From an uncultured Candidatus Bathyarchaeia archaeon (lineage in GTDB: Archaea; Thermoproteota; Bathyarchaeia; 40CM-2-53-6): 32,000 bases of DNA. A program made the position numbers and the translations under genes. The notes beneath the pieces were generated by a model that was given only the letters and a program-made list of their open reading frames with translations, did no database searches and was not told the origin of the DNA. Below are positions 1 through 8,072 of this stretch, piece after piece (position 1 is the first letter of the stretch; every line of letters starts with the position of its first letter). Where the stretch lies: positions 1-32,000 of the forward strand of contig CAZHKA010000023.1 in the NCBI GenBank assembly GCA_964533505.1. Direction: 5' to 3'.

Positions 1-1097
1 CGTTTAAGTCTATCCGTTATGACGTCGTAAATCAAGGGGAGCTCCCAGCCTTCTTCAGAGTAGCTGAAGGAATCTTTGGGAGTTCTGATTTGGACGGTGA
101 CTTCATATCGCGATCGCTCCCCGCCGGTCTTGTGCTTCGACTTAACGATTGAACGAGCCTCTTCAATGTCGGGAAAGACTTTCTGCAGCTGACGGACAAT
201 CCGTTTGAACTTCGCTTTCGTAGCTTCTGACTCGAAGGGGTCTTCAGGAAGACCGACTATGAATACCGGCACTTCGGGTTCAGGCTCAACTTCAGCGAGC
301 AAGGTCATAAAGTCTCTCTGTGTGGCAATTGCCTGCAGTTCATCCCATTGCGTTACCAAAACGCAAGTCTTTCCGCTATCCAGCATGAGTCTCAGTCCTT
401 CCTCGGCAGGCATCTCGGGAGGACATGCAACAGGGCTTCGGTCCATAATATCTACCACGGGGAAATCGAGGTCCGCCTTAGTTTGTGGGAGCATGGATTT
501 ACTGCCCACTCGCTCAGGGGTTCTGAGTAATGAGACAATGTGAGTTGAAGTGACCAATCCCGTCAAACGCTTTCCACTGGTTACCGGCAAATGATCAAAG
601 CGTTTCTTGAGAAGCACGTCTCGAGCCTTGGACACGGATGCTGTTTCGTCAATTGTGATGGGGTTGTTCGTGGACACCGACGTAATCCTGTAGTCTCCCC
701 CTACTCGTCTCTTTAATTCTCCAAGTAGCGCGCTGCAATTCACTTGGCCGAAGATTTTCCGACCGTCCGAGACCGGCACGGCTCTGATCCGGTAATCTGC
801 CATCAATCGCGCGACTTCCGCGACCAACGCTTCCTTGCGGACTACCGGAACATATCGGATCACCGTTGCTGGTTTGGTCAATTCAATGCTTGTTTCCTTG
901 AGGAGCTCTCTTTCCGAGATAATCCCGCACCGGGTCCCTCCGGGCAGGAAGACTTGGTAGACTTCTCGCTCTTTGAGGATGCCCAAAATCCTGGATAGCG
1001 TAGCGTCCGATGGTGCTTCAACCAGAGGTGATATCATATTGTCGATTGGCTGGTTCTTGGTAGTTTCAATGTACTTTGATGCTAGAGAAGCGGCCAT
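1..1097 (-). CDS. CBS-domain protein (tandem CBS pairs) with a C-terminal HPF/RaiA-like domain; 3' end runs off the window
   Basis: Absent from the ORF track because it has no stop in the window. Manual reverse translation from ATG 1097..1095 gives MAASLASKYIETTKNQPIDNMISPLVEAPSDATLSRILGILKEREVYQVFLPGGTRCGIISERELL...AVPVSDGRKIFGQV...RFDHLPVTSGKRLTGLVTSTHIV...VACPPEMPAEEGLRLMLDSGKTCVLV. The frame stays open to position 1. CBS-like repeats are recognisable. Confidence 0.8.
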   Translation of the reverse strand, partial: MAASLASKYIETTKNQPIDNMISPLVEAPSDATLSRILGILKEREVYQVFLPGGTRCGIISERELLKETSIELTKPATVIRYVPVVRKEALVAEVARLMADYRIRAVPVSDGRKIFGQVNCSALLGELKRRVGGDYRITSVSTNNPITIDETASVSKARDVLLKKRFDHLPVTSGKRLTGLVTSTHIVSLLRTPERVGSKSMLPQTKADLDFPVVDIMDRSPVACPPEMPAEEGLRLMLDSGKTCVLVTQWDELQAIATQRDFMTLLAEVEPEPEVPVFIVGLPEDPFESEATKAKFKRIVRQLQKVFPDIEEARSIVKSKHKTGGERSRYEVTVQIRTPKDSFSYSEEGWELPLIYDVITDRLK

Positions 1098-1197
1098 CGC
1101 AAGACTCGACCTTTCGCTTGACCCTCTCGATTTCACTTCCCCGTAATAGCCTTAGTTACTGGCGAGAAGAGGATAATCTCCGGGCCCTGAATCGACT

Positions 1198-1875
1198 TTG
1201 ATTCCACAAAGTGGAAACATGTTTAATGAAACTCCCCACGAAGCTAGCCTTGGGATTGAAATTTTGCTTCGAAACGGAATAATAAGTCAAGAGCCTAAGC
1301 CCCCCAAGAGGTCTCGTGCCCTACTCGTTGCCGGGGTTATGATTGTCACTCTCCTTATCCTTCTGGCATTTCCGTCCGAAGGCTACGCCTCAACTGCTCA
1401 AATGCAAACTGCCAACTATGCAACTGCAACCTACGCTATCGTTACGTCAACGGGAAGCTTCTACGGAAATCCGGGACAACTGCAATGCTCGCCTGCTGGC
1501 TGCACTTACATACCTGGCCCTTACCAATACCGCGTTAATCCTAATACGCTAGGATACTACAACGGAGTCTACTACGCCTATGTGAATGATAACTACTACC
1601 GACCATGCCAGCCAGACTTGAACCATCAGGTGACTTGCTCGGGCTTTGCTGAGCAGTCGCCGTCCGGTTGCACGGAACTTGTAGTGGTCATCGCCAATGC
1701 ATACATCCCAGAAAACTACTGGTACCAGTATTACACGCTACATAATCTGGCGTCCAACGCTACAATCAACGGACAATTCGTGACCGTTTCGGGTCAAATG
1801 TTCACTGGTCCAAATAGTAGCCCAACAAGTGCCGCTTGTCCAGGTTCGTACATCAACGTCACTTCAGTCTCTTAA
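1198..1875 (+). CDS. Secreted or membrane-anchored Tyr/Asn/Cys-rich protein, function unknown
   Basis: ORF track. Hydrophobic N-terminal segment ALLVAGVMIVTLLILLAFPSEGYA followed by a polar Y/N/C-rich domain. The true start may be ATG 1219. Confidence 0.55.
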   Translation: MIPQSGNMFNETPHEASLGIEILLRNGIISQEPKPPKRSRALLVAGVMIVTLLILLAFPSEGYASTAQMQTANYATATYAIVTSTGSFYGNPGQLQCSPAGCTYIPGPYQYRVNPNTLGYYNGVYYAYVNDNYYRPCQPDLNHQVTCSGFAEQSPSGCTELVVVIANAYIPENYWYQYYTLHNLASNATINGQFVTVSGQMFTGPNSSPTSAACPGSYINVTSVS

Positions 1876-2017
1876 CCGAGACACTTCGTTGCCCCTTTCC
1901 CTTCCTCGAACTTTCTATTTCGACCATCACGTTTCAGACAAACGTAGCTTGTTGGACAAGCAAGTCTGAAGCCCATACGAAATAGCGGATCATGTCATCC
2001 AGCGCCGCAGCCGACAG

Positions 2018-3403
2018 TTAAACCGCGTCATACAGCCTGTCGTGGGTCATACGCTCAGGTAAGGCGTCTTGCGATTTCAGGTAGGTTCCATAGTAGCTTA
2101 GAGCCCATAGAGCTCGTGCGGCCCTGTCGGGTACGTCGAAGGATGGCACGCCTCGTTTTTCGTATCCGCGCAACATTGTTTGTGCCATCTCCGCAGCGCC
2201 CATGTCGCAGACGGTCACTGGCTTTCCATACTTTCGTACGGTCTTCGCTATCTTCCCGACGACGTCATCGAGTATGGTGGGAGTTTGGTGGGTGGGGATT
2301 AACAGAAGTCCTCCTATTTCCGGGTCGGCGAGAACCGTTTCGATTACTAGGACGAACATGTCGCTGGTTGCCTCTGCGGTGAGGTCTAGGGGGTTGAAGC
2401 CTGATTGAACTGGGAGGAGGAGTTTCTTGGCTTTGTAATCTGTTAGTTTCGATTTGATTCGGTCAGGGAATTGTAATAGAGTCAACCCTGACTCCTCGAG
2501 AGTGTCAGCGGCTATAATCCCGGGTCCGCCTGCGTTCGTTATGACCGCGACATTCTTGATGGGGGCTGGTGGTTGCAGCGCGAGCGCTCGTCCGAAGTCG
2601 AAGAGTTCTTCCACGGTCGTCGCTCGAATTATGCCCGCCTGCTTGAACGCGCCATCATAGATTTGGTCCCTTCCTGCGAGGGCAGCGGTGTGGGATACGG
2701 CGGCTCTTGTACCCGCCTCAGTTCTGCCCGACTTCAATGCGACTATTGGCTTTCGCTTAGAGGTCTCCTTCGCGCGCCAAAGGAATTCTCGCCCTTTCGC
2801 GAGTCCTTCGAGGTACATGAGAACTACTTTGGTCTTCGGATCGTTCTCATAGTAGAGTAGTAACTCATCTTCTGTTACGTCGCATCTATTACCGTAGCTA
2901 ACGAAGCTTCTTATGCCCAGCCCATTTCCGGCCATGTAGTCGAGAGCGGCGGCTCCGAACGCTCCGCTTTGAGTTAGGAATGAGATGGAGCCAGGTCTGG
3001 GCCGCGGTGTGGCTACGACTTCCCGGCCGTCTGAAAGGAACTTGTTTTCCGGCAGGAACAGGGTGTCCATGCCCGTATAGGCGTCGTAGACTCCAAGGCA
3101 ATTCGGGCCGATGATTCTTACGCCGTGAGCCTGAGCAGCTTTGGCCATTTCCAGTTCTAGGGATTTGTTTCCAATTTCCGCGAATCCCGATGAGATTACG
3201 ATTGCCGCTTTCGCCCCGGTTTTCCCTGCTTCCTCAATTAACGCGGGAACGCCTGGGGCGGGTATTACTACGAGTACCGTTTCCACTTGCTCGGGAAGGT
3301 CTGAAAGCGACGGGTAACACTTTTCGCCTATGATTTCGTCATGCTTGGGATTTACGAGGTAAACATGGCCTTTGAATGTCCCGCGCTTTCTGTTTGTGAC
3401 CAT
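2018..3403 (-). CDS. Acetate--CoA ligase (ADP-forming) alpha subunit / succinyl-CoA-synthetase-like CoA-binding protein; the real N-terminus probably extends to about 3511
   Basis: 461-aa ORF with ...VVIPAPGVPALIEEAGKTGAKAAIVISSGFAE...IIGPNCLGV...SQSGAFG...VSYGN. The conserved CoA-binding N-terminus FFKPKSLAIVGASAAPNRVGYTI lies in frame upstream of the first ATG (see finding). Confidence 0.85.
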   Translation of the reverse strand: MVTNRKRGTFKGHVYLVNPKHDEIIGEKCYPSLSDLPEQVETVLVVIPAPGVPALIEEAGKTGAKAAIVISSGFAEIGNKSLELEMAKAAQAHGVRIIGPNCLGVYDAYTGMDTLFLPENKFLSDGREVVATPRPRPGSISFLTQSGAFGAAALDYMAGNGLGIRSFVSYGNRCDVTEDELLLYYENDPKTKVVLMYLEGLAKGREFLWRAKETSKRKPIVALKSGRTEAGTRAAVSHTAALAGRDQIYDGAFKQAGIIRATTVEELFDFGRALALQPPAPIKNVAVITNAGGPGIIAADTLEESGLTLLQFPDRIKSKLTDYKAKKLLLPVQSGFNPLDLTAEATSDMFVLVIETVLADPEIGGLLLIPTHQTPTILDDVVGKIAKTVRKYGKPVTVCDMGAAEMAQTMLRGYEKRGVPSFDVPDRAARALWALSYYGTYLKSQDALPERMTHDRLYDAV

Positions 3404-3486
3404 GTTCTCGGATATTGTGTAGCCTACTCTGTTGGGTGCGGCGGATGCTCCGACGATGGCTAGGGATTTTGGTTTGAAAAATGATT

Positions 3487-4581
3487 CTAGGCTACTACCT
3501 TCTTGAGGTATTGAGCGTCTCCCCTGGGTCTTCGCTCTTTCCAGATTTGACAGAAGTCTGTGTTGTTTTCAAGGTACCGGTTCATGGCTACTTCCGAAAT
3601 TAATTTGGCGGACCGGGCGATATCAAGGAGGTTCCAAACGATTCCTCGTAGGACCAGGGCGAGTTTTCTATCTTGTACTGATGAAACTATCAGTTCCGTA
3701 ATTTCCTTCTCAGTTTCTTCAATTTTCTTTGAGCGGCCAATAGCAACGTTAGCGAGTTCTATATCCATCATGCTAAATGAGTCCATGGCGCTGTCGGTCA
3801 CCGAAAGCGTCTCACTGCCAAACTTTGCGACTGCGTCAATCACGGAGGAATATGTCTCGTACTTTCCGTCGGACAATGAAATTACTTGGCTTGCAATGGC
3901 TTCACTGCAATCGGCTATTTCTTCCAAGTACTTCGATACTGCTCGGTAACCGACCGCATGTGTTGCTGACTCTAGGCCTATGTGACGTGACAACGGTATT
4001 GTCGAAATCGCGCGGAAGATTTGGCGTAATATTAGCCAATAAAGTCGGTCGGCCTCGCTTTCGAGTTCTAGGACCTCCAACGCAAGTGAGCACTTGTGCT
4101 CTGTCAAGGCTTGCATGGTCCGTTCTAACATGGAAGTCGCAACTTTGTGAAGGCGTGAGATGAGTCCTGCTAAGGAGAATTTTCCAGGGTCAAGAAAGCA
4201 TTGTATGACTGTTTCAGTCGGCGTTTGTTCGACGATACCTAGCCCGCTCAGTCTCCTGGTGGAGTCGCGAATCGCGTTAAGCTGTTCTGAAGTTAGGTCC
4301 TTGGATGATGTAATGATGGTCGTATCGCGGCCGAGTATGTAACTCCCCGTAATCATCCGTGATAGAAGCTCGCTGTCTTTGCAAGCATCCACGTTGATCC
4401 TGCACACAGTCATTTCGTCGGCTTCAAAATCTGTGCCTGGGGTAACCACGAGTTCTCCGAATTCAGAGAGTCTAAGGGTGACAATGCCTCCTTGCTTCAA
4501 CCCAACTTGCCTCACCCAGTCCCTGGGTAAGGAAACGGTCAGGGTTGAGTGTCCAACGCGTTGAACCTTTCTTATTTCCAA
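3487..4581 (-). CDS. AbrB/SpoVT-domain plus PhoU-like-domain regulator (paralog 1)
   Basis: The N-terminus MEIRKVQRVGHSTLTVSLPRDWVRQVGLKQGGIVTL is a SpoVT/AbrB swapped-hairpin motif. The remainder is helical and PhoU-like (EADRLYWLILRQ...). Confidence 0.8.
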   Translation of the reverse strand: MEIRKVQRVGHSTLTVSLPRDWVRQVGLKQGGIVTLRLSEFGELVVTPGTDFEADEMTVCRINVDACKDSELLSRMITGSYILGRDTTIITSSKDLTSEQLNAIRDSTRRLSGLGIVEQTPTETVIQCFLDPGKFSLAGLISRLHKVATSMLERTMQALTEHKCSLALEVLELESEADRLYWLILRQIFRAISTIPLSRHIGLESATHAVGYRAVSKYLEEIADCSEAIASQVISLSDGKYETYSSVIDAVAKFGSETLSVTDSAMDSFSMMDIELANVAIGRSKKIEETEKEITELIVSSVQDRKLALVLRGIVWNLLDIARSAKLISEVAMNRYLENNTDFCQIWKERRPRGDAQYLKKVVA

Positions 4582-4713
4582 CGCTATTCACCCATCAATA
4601 TGTTCTGAAAGAACACCTTTTCCGGCGGAACGGTGTTCCACGGTTAATGTTGTTATATATTGTGTGGCGATTCTATATAGAGAACAGATGCTCAAGCGGC
4701 CCGTATAACCGCA

Positions 4714-5115
4714 TCAGGATGCCGGACTCGCTTTCATCAACCGACTTGGCGCAGCCATGCGTACTTTCGTTATCAGGCATTCTTCCCCACCCTCAATGTT
4801 CAGGGTCGTTGTGCATCTAGGGCATACTAGTGAGGGTGGAGCAAAGTGGAACTCCATGTTCGCAGTTTCGAACTCTCGGGCATAACCGCAATTTGGGCAT
4901 CTCGCAATCCCGTGCGTTTCTTCTATCGACAGGCGCGATCCTTCGAGTATGGTACCCTTGGAGAGGATTTTGTAGGAGAATTTCAACTGGTCTAACGAAA
5001 TAAGCCTCAGTTTTCCAACTCTAAGTTGAACTGCTACGACCTTGTTTGATGACTGTTTCTTGGCGATCTCTAGTAGCGATTCGACCAGGGATGTTGCAAT
5101 CGAGAGTTCATGCAC
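4714..5115 (-). CDS. hypA: Hydrogenase nickel-insertion protein HypA
   Basis: MHELSIATSLVESLLEIA... N-terminus and a CPNCG...CPRC zinc site. Confidence 0.9.
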   Translation of the reverse strand: MHELSIATSLVESLLEIAKKQSSNKVVAVQLRVGKLRLISLDQLKFSYKILSKGTILEGSRLSIEETHGIARCPNCGYAREFETANMEFHFAPPSLVCPRCTTTLNIEGGEECLITKVRMAAPSRLMKASPAS

Positions 5116-5127
5116 ATTGGGGACCTC

Positions 5128-5820
5128 CTACCCTCTTGCGTTTAATTGAAGGGCCTTGACTACTTCGTCAACACCCGCCCCCGTCCTGCAGCTCGTGCGG
5201 ATCGTAGAGGCTTTGGGGTTAAGATGGGAGACATCGATGCTGAGTTTTTCCGGGTCGACACCCATGGCCGTTGCTAAGTCTACCTTGTTGATGGCTACGA
5301 CTTGAGCGTCGAGGAACATCATTGGATGCTTCACGACCATGTAGGGTCCCTCGGTCACGCTTATGACGACCAACCGCCTATCAGATCCAAGCGGAAACTC
5401 TGCAGGGCAGATGAGGTTTCCCACGTTTTCGATGAAAATCAAGTCAAGGTTGTTAAGCGGTGTGATATCAAGCGCCTTTCTGATCAGATTCGCATCCAGA
5501 TGGCATTCCTTGCCAGTGTTAACTTGGACGGTTGGCACACCTTCAGAAGCTATTATGTCGGAGTCGATTGTGGTGGTCACGTCTCCCTCAATCACGGCTA
5601 TTCGGTAGGAATGCTTGAGCTTCGATATCATCGCCTTGATTAGTGACGTCTTTCCTGACCCAACTGAGCCCATGACGTCAATGGCCTGTATGCCCTTTGC
5701 TTGCATCCGTTTCTTGTTCTCCTCGGCCAGTCGGCGGTTCTCCTTCAGAATATCGACTTCAAGTTCAATGTCGAACACCTCGCCCTCGGAGGATGTGACT
5801 ACTTCGGCTCCCTTTGACAA
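5128..5820 (-). CDS. hypB: Hydrogenase maturation GTPase HypB
   Basis: P-loop GSVGSGKTSL, ENVGNLICPA and NKVDL motifs. Lies immediately upstream of hypA on the same strand. Confidence 0.9.
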   Translation of the reverse strand: MSKGAEVVTSSEGEVFDIELEVDILKENRRLAEENKKRMQAKGIQAIDVMGSVGSGKTSLIKAMISKLKHSYRIAVIEGDVTTTIDSDIIASEGVPTVQVNTGKECHLDANLIRKALDITPLNNLDLIFIENVGNLICPAEFPLGSDRRLVVISVTEGPYMVVKHPMMFLDAQVVAINKVDLATAMGVDPEKLSIDVSHLNPKASTIRTSCRTGAGVDEVVKALQLNARG

Positions 5821-5969
5821 GCCATAGCCCTGCCCTTAGCTGGAGGTCTCCATTGGTTAAGAAGATGCTTACTAGTCTTCCATTTCTAACTAGGGGCTTG
5901 GCTCCATACATGGGAACGGCGTCACAGAAATATAGCTCTCGGATGAAGATTTCATGCCTGTGTTCGAAG

Positions 5970-6203
5970 TTGTGCCTCACCATCCCCGGAAGAGTGGTTG
6001 GAATAACTGGGGACTTGGCAAGGGTCGATTACGGTGAGGATGGCGTCAGGGAAAAGGTCAACATATCTTTAGTGAAGGCGAAAATGGGCGACTACGTACT
6101 AGTCCAAAGCGGTTTCGCCGTGAAGTTACTGTCAGAAGGGGAAGCTGGCGAGGTATTGGAAATGTGGAAGATGATCCGTGAACTCAACGGCGGAGAACCA
6201 TAG
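5970..6203 (+). CDS. hypC: Hydrogenase assembly chaperone HypC/HupF family
   Basis: A TTG at 5970 gives (M)CLTIPGRVVGITGDLARVDYGEDGVREKVNISLVKAKMGDYVLVQSGFAVKLLSEGEA, the canonical MCLxIPG N-terminus. The longer track ORF (5814) or ATG 5943 would bury the essential N-terminal Cys. Confidence 0.85.
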   Translation: MCLTIPGRVVGITGDLARVDYGEDGVREKVNISLVKAKMGDYVLVQSGFAVKLLSEGEAGEVLEMWKMIRELNGGEP

Positions 6204-6999
6204 AGGGCGAAGGTTGCAAAAGAAATCTAACTCAATAGACGGCGCAGTACTGTCCGCCCGCCACAGTTTTCAGCCGAATCGGTTAGGCTATTGCGGCCCT
6301 AATGAGAACGAGGTTCTGTTTGAAGCATGTCTGGCTAACGTGCGTAGTGATCAGTTAGTGAAGGCGCTGCAAGGATTCCACGCCGCCTATCCTTACCTCC
6401 GCTTCATCGCCAAATCTATCGGATCGCAAGATCCATTCGATTACAGGTCCTCCGAGGCATATTGGATCGGTAACGATTACCTTCAGAAAATTGCACCCGG
6501 CGATTTCTATGATCACCTGAAAGCCAGGTTCAAGGCGAAATTCCCCAAAGAACACATCAAGAAGTTCTTTGAAGAGCAATCCTTCGCTCCGTTTCCACAT
6601 CATGCACTTCACGTCTTCAACGCTTTCTCAACGATGGGGACGGTGCCCGAATCATTCGCTAGCGGCTTGGGTAGAGATGAAACCGTTGGTCCCCTCATGG
6701 ATAAGTGTCGAATCTCATGGGGCAGAGTTGTCCAGGTTGATGAGACCGGAAACTTGACGGTTGAGTATGAACCAGTGGTCCGCCGTCAAAGTAAACTGTT
6801 CTTGGATAGGCCGGTTCATGCAAAAGTGTTGGCGGAAGTGCAGGGGAAGAGTTTCGTGAGCGGCGTGAAACCAGAAGATTGGATTTCATTTCACTGGGGG
6901 TTCGCTTGCACCATCCTTACCCCCTCGCAGGTAGCGAATTTGCGGAAATACACTCTCTCAGACATGGCGATCGCGAATGCGGTGTCTCCACCTGAATGA
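6178..6999 (+). CDS. Uncharacterised protein with a C-terminal HypC-like domain; overlaps the hypC stop
   Basis: 273-aa ORF. The C-terminal segment CRISWGRVVQVDETGNLTVEY...VKPEDWISFHWGFACTILTP parallels HypC CLTIPGRVV...GDYVLVQSGFAV. The N-terminal ~175 aa are not recognised. An alternative start is TTG 6214. Confidence 0.6.
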   Translation: MNSTAENHRGRRLQKKSNSIDGAVLSARHSFQPNRLGYCGPNENEVLFEACLANVRSDQLVKALQGFHAAYPYLRFIAKSIGSQDPFDYRSSEAYWIGNDYLQKIAPGDFYDHLKARFKAKFPKEHIKKFFEEQSFAPFPHHALHVFNAFSTMGTVPESFASGLGRDETVGPLMDKCRISWGRVVQVDETGNLTVEYEPVVRRQSKLFLDRPVHAKVLAEVQGKSFVSGVKPEDWISFHWGFACTILTPSQVANLRKYTLSDMAIANAVSPPE

Positions 7000-7017
7000 G
7001 CAAGAGAAGGTTGAGCG

Positions 7018-7407
7018 GTGCCTGTTCGTAATCGGTGGACCCTGGCCGGGCTGACAAGCGCCGGTATCTTCGTAACTCTCGTACTGCGCGTAAACCTGTC
7101 TCCCGTGGCGCCCGTCTTACAGCGAACTCTCGCTCTATCAGACTTTCAAATTGATTTGGTGCTTTCTGCATTCTTGTGGGTCTACACATTCCTTCAACCG
7201 ATTGCAGGGCTGATTACCGAGGGTTCGGGCCAAAGCTCAGTCTGTTCGTGGGCGGCCTTGCAACCTCTTGTGGGCGCTCTTTCAGCAACGCTGCTCATTA
7301 GGCCTAGAAGCCAGCATTGGAGTCAGGCAATGGTCAATAAAACATGTAGAGTACCAACAGAACTTCTAAGGGTAATTACAACCATGTCCGACTTGCCGCG
7401 TCTGTAA
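7018..7407 (+). pseudogene. MFS transporter N-terminal remnant
   Basis: NLSPVAPVLQRTLALSDFQIDLVLSAFLWVYTFLQPIAGLITE resembles MFS TM1-TM2 and the loop motif. The expected continuation GFGPKLSLFVGGLATS appears in another frame, then stops. Only about 100 of the ~400 aa expected are present. Confidence 0.45.
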
Positions 7408-7824
7408 ATGTCAAACCAGAGACTCGTCTCAATGTTGAGAGAACAACTCTCCCATGAGGAACATGAGACGGAAGTATACGCTAGGAAGGTCAGCGAGACC
7501 CAACATAGTATCGCCAAGGTTCTCTACTCAAAACTCATGCGTGACTCCATGCAGCACTGCGATGTCCTAAACTGCGCCATGAATTATCTGGTCACGAATC
7601 AGTGGGAGGCACTCGGCCCAATCAACGAGAGCCGTGACGAACTCCTGCGGTTAATGGATATGGAAGAGAAGGCTCTTCGCCTATTCACCTCCGCCTCGGC
7701 TCAAGTCATCGATCCTCATCTGAAGACGTTACTAATGATGCTAATGCTGGATGAAGAGCAGCATTATGAAACGCTCCGTTATGTCTTAGAGAATTTCAGC
7801 AGTAAGAAGGTTGTAACGATTTGA
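7408..7824 (+). CDS. Putative four-helix-bundle, ferritin/rubrerythrin-like protein
   Basis: 138 aa, predicted helical, with acidic/His clusters (SHEEHETE, DSMQH, MEEKA, DEEQHYE). Its stop overlaps the TTG start of the next gene (TTGA). Confidence 0.4.
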   Translation: MSNQRLVSMLREQLSHEEHETEVYARKVSETQHSIAKVLYSKLMRDSMQHCDVLNCAMNYLVTNQWEALGPINESRDELLRLMDMEEKALRLFTSASAQVIDPHLKTLLMMLMLDEEQHYETLRYVLENFSSKKVVTI

Positions 7825-8072
7825 GTCAAACAGTGTCCACGGTTGAACCCCGTGCAAACGTTATCGTCTTGGAGGAACGGTGCAAGGCATGTGAGCTCTG
7901 CGTGGTCGCGTGCCCTCAAGGTAACCTGAAACTGTCGACTCGACTGAATTCGGCCGGATTTCATCCGGCCGAATTCTCGTACCGGGGCGTGAAAGGGGAA
8001 TGCACGGCATGTGGCGTCTGCTATTGGGTATGCCCCGATTTCGCAATTAGCGAGGTTAGGGTGAAAGCATAG
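7821..8072 (+). CDS. 2-oxoacid:ferredoxin oxidoreductase delta subunit (2x[4Fe-4S] ferredoxin)
   Basis: CKACELCVVACP and CTACGVCYWVCP cluster motifs. First gene of the operon. Confidence 0.85.
   Translation: MSQTVSTVEPRANVIVLEERCKACELCVVACPQGNLKLSTRLNSAGFHPAEFSYRGVKGECTACGVCYWVCPDFAISEVRVKA

Noticed and set aside
5765-5983. 72-aa minus-strand ORF in the hypB-hypC divergent region, and the long form of the 5814..6203 ORF
   Set aside because: This is the divergent promoter region. A HypC-type protein needs Cys as its first residue after Met, which fixes the start at 5970. The remaining ORF sequence is unsupported.
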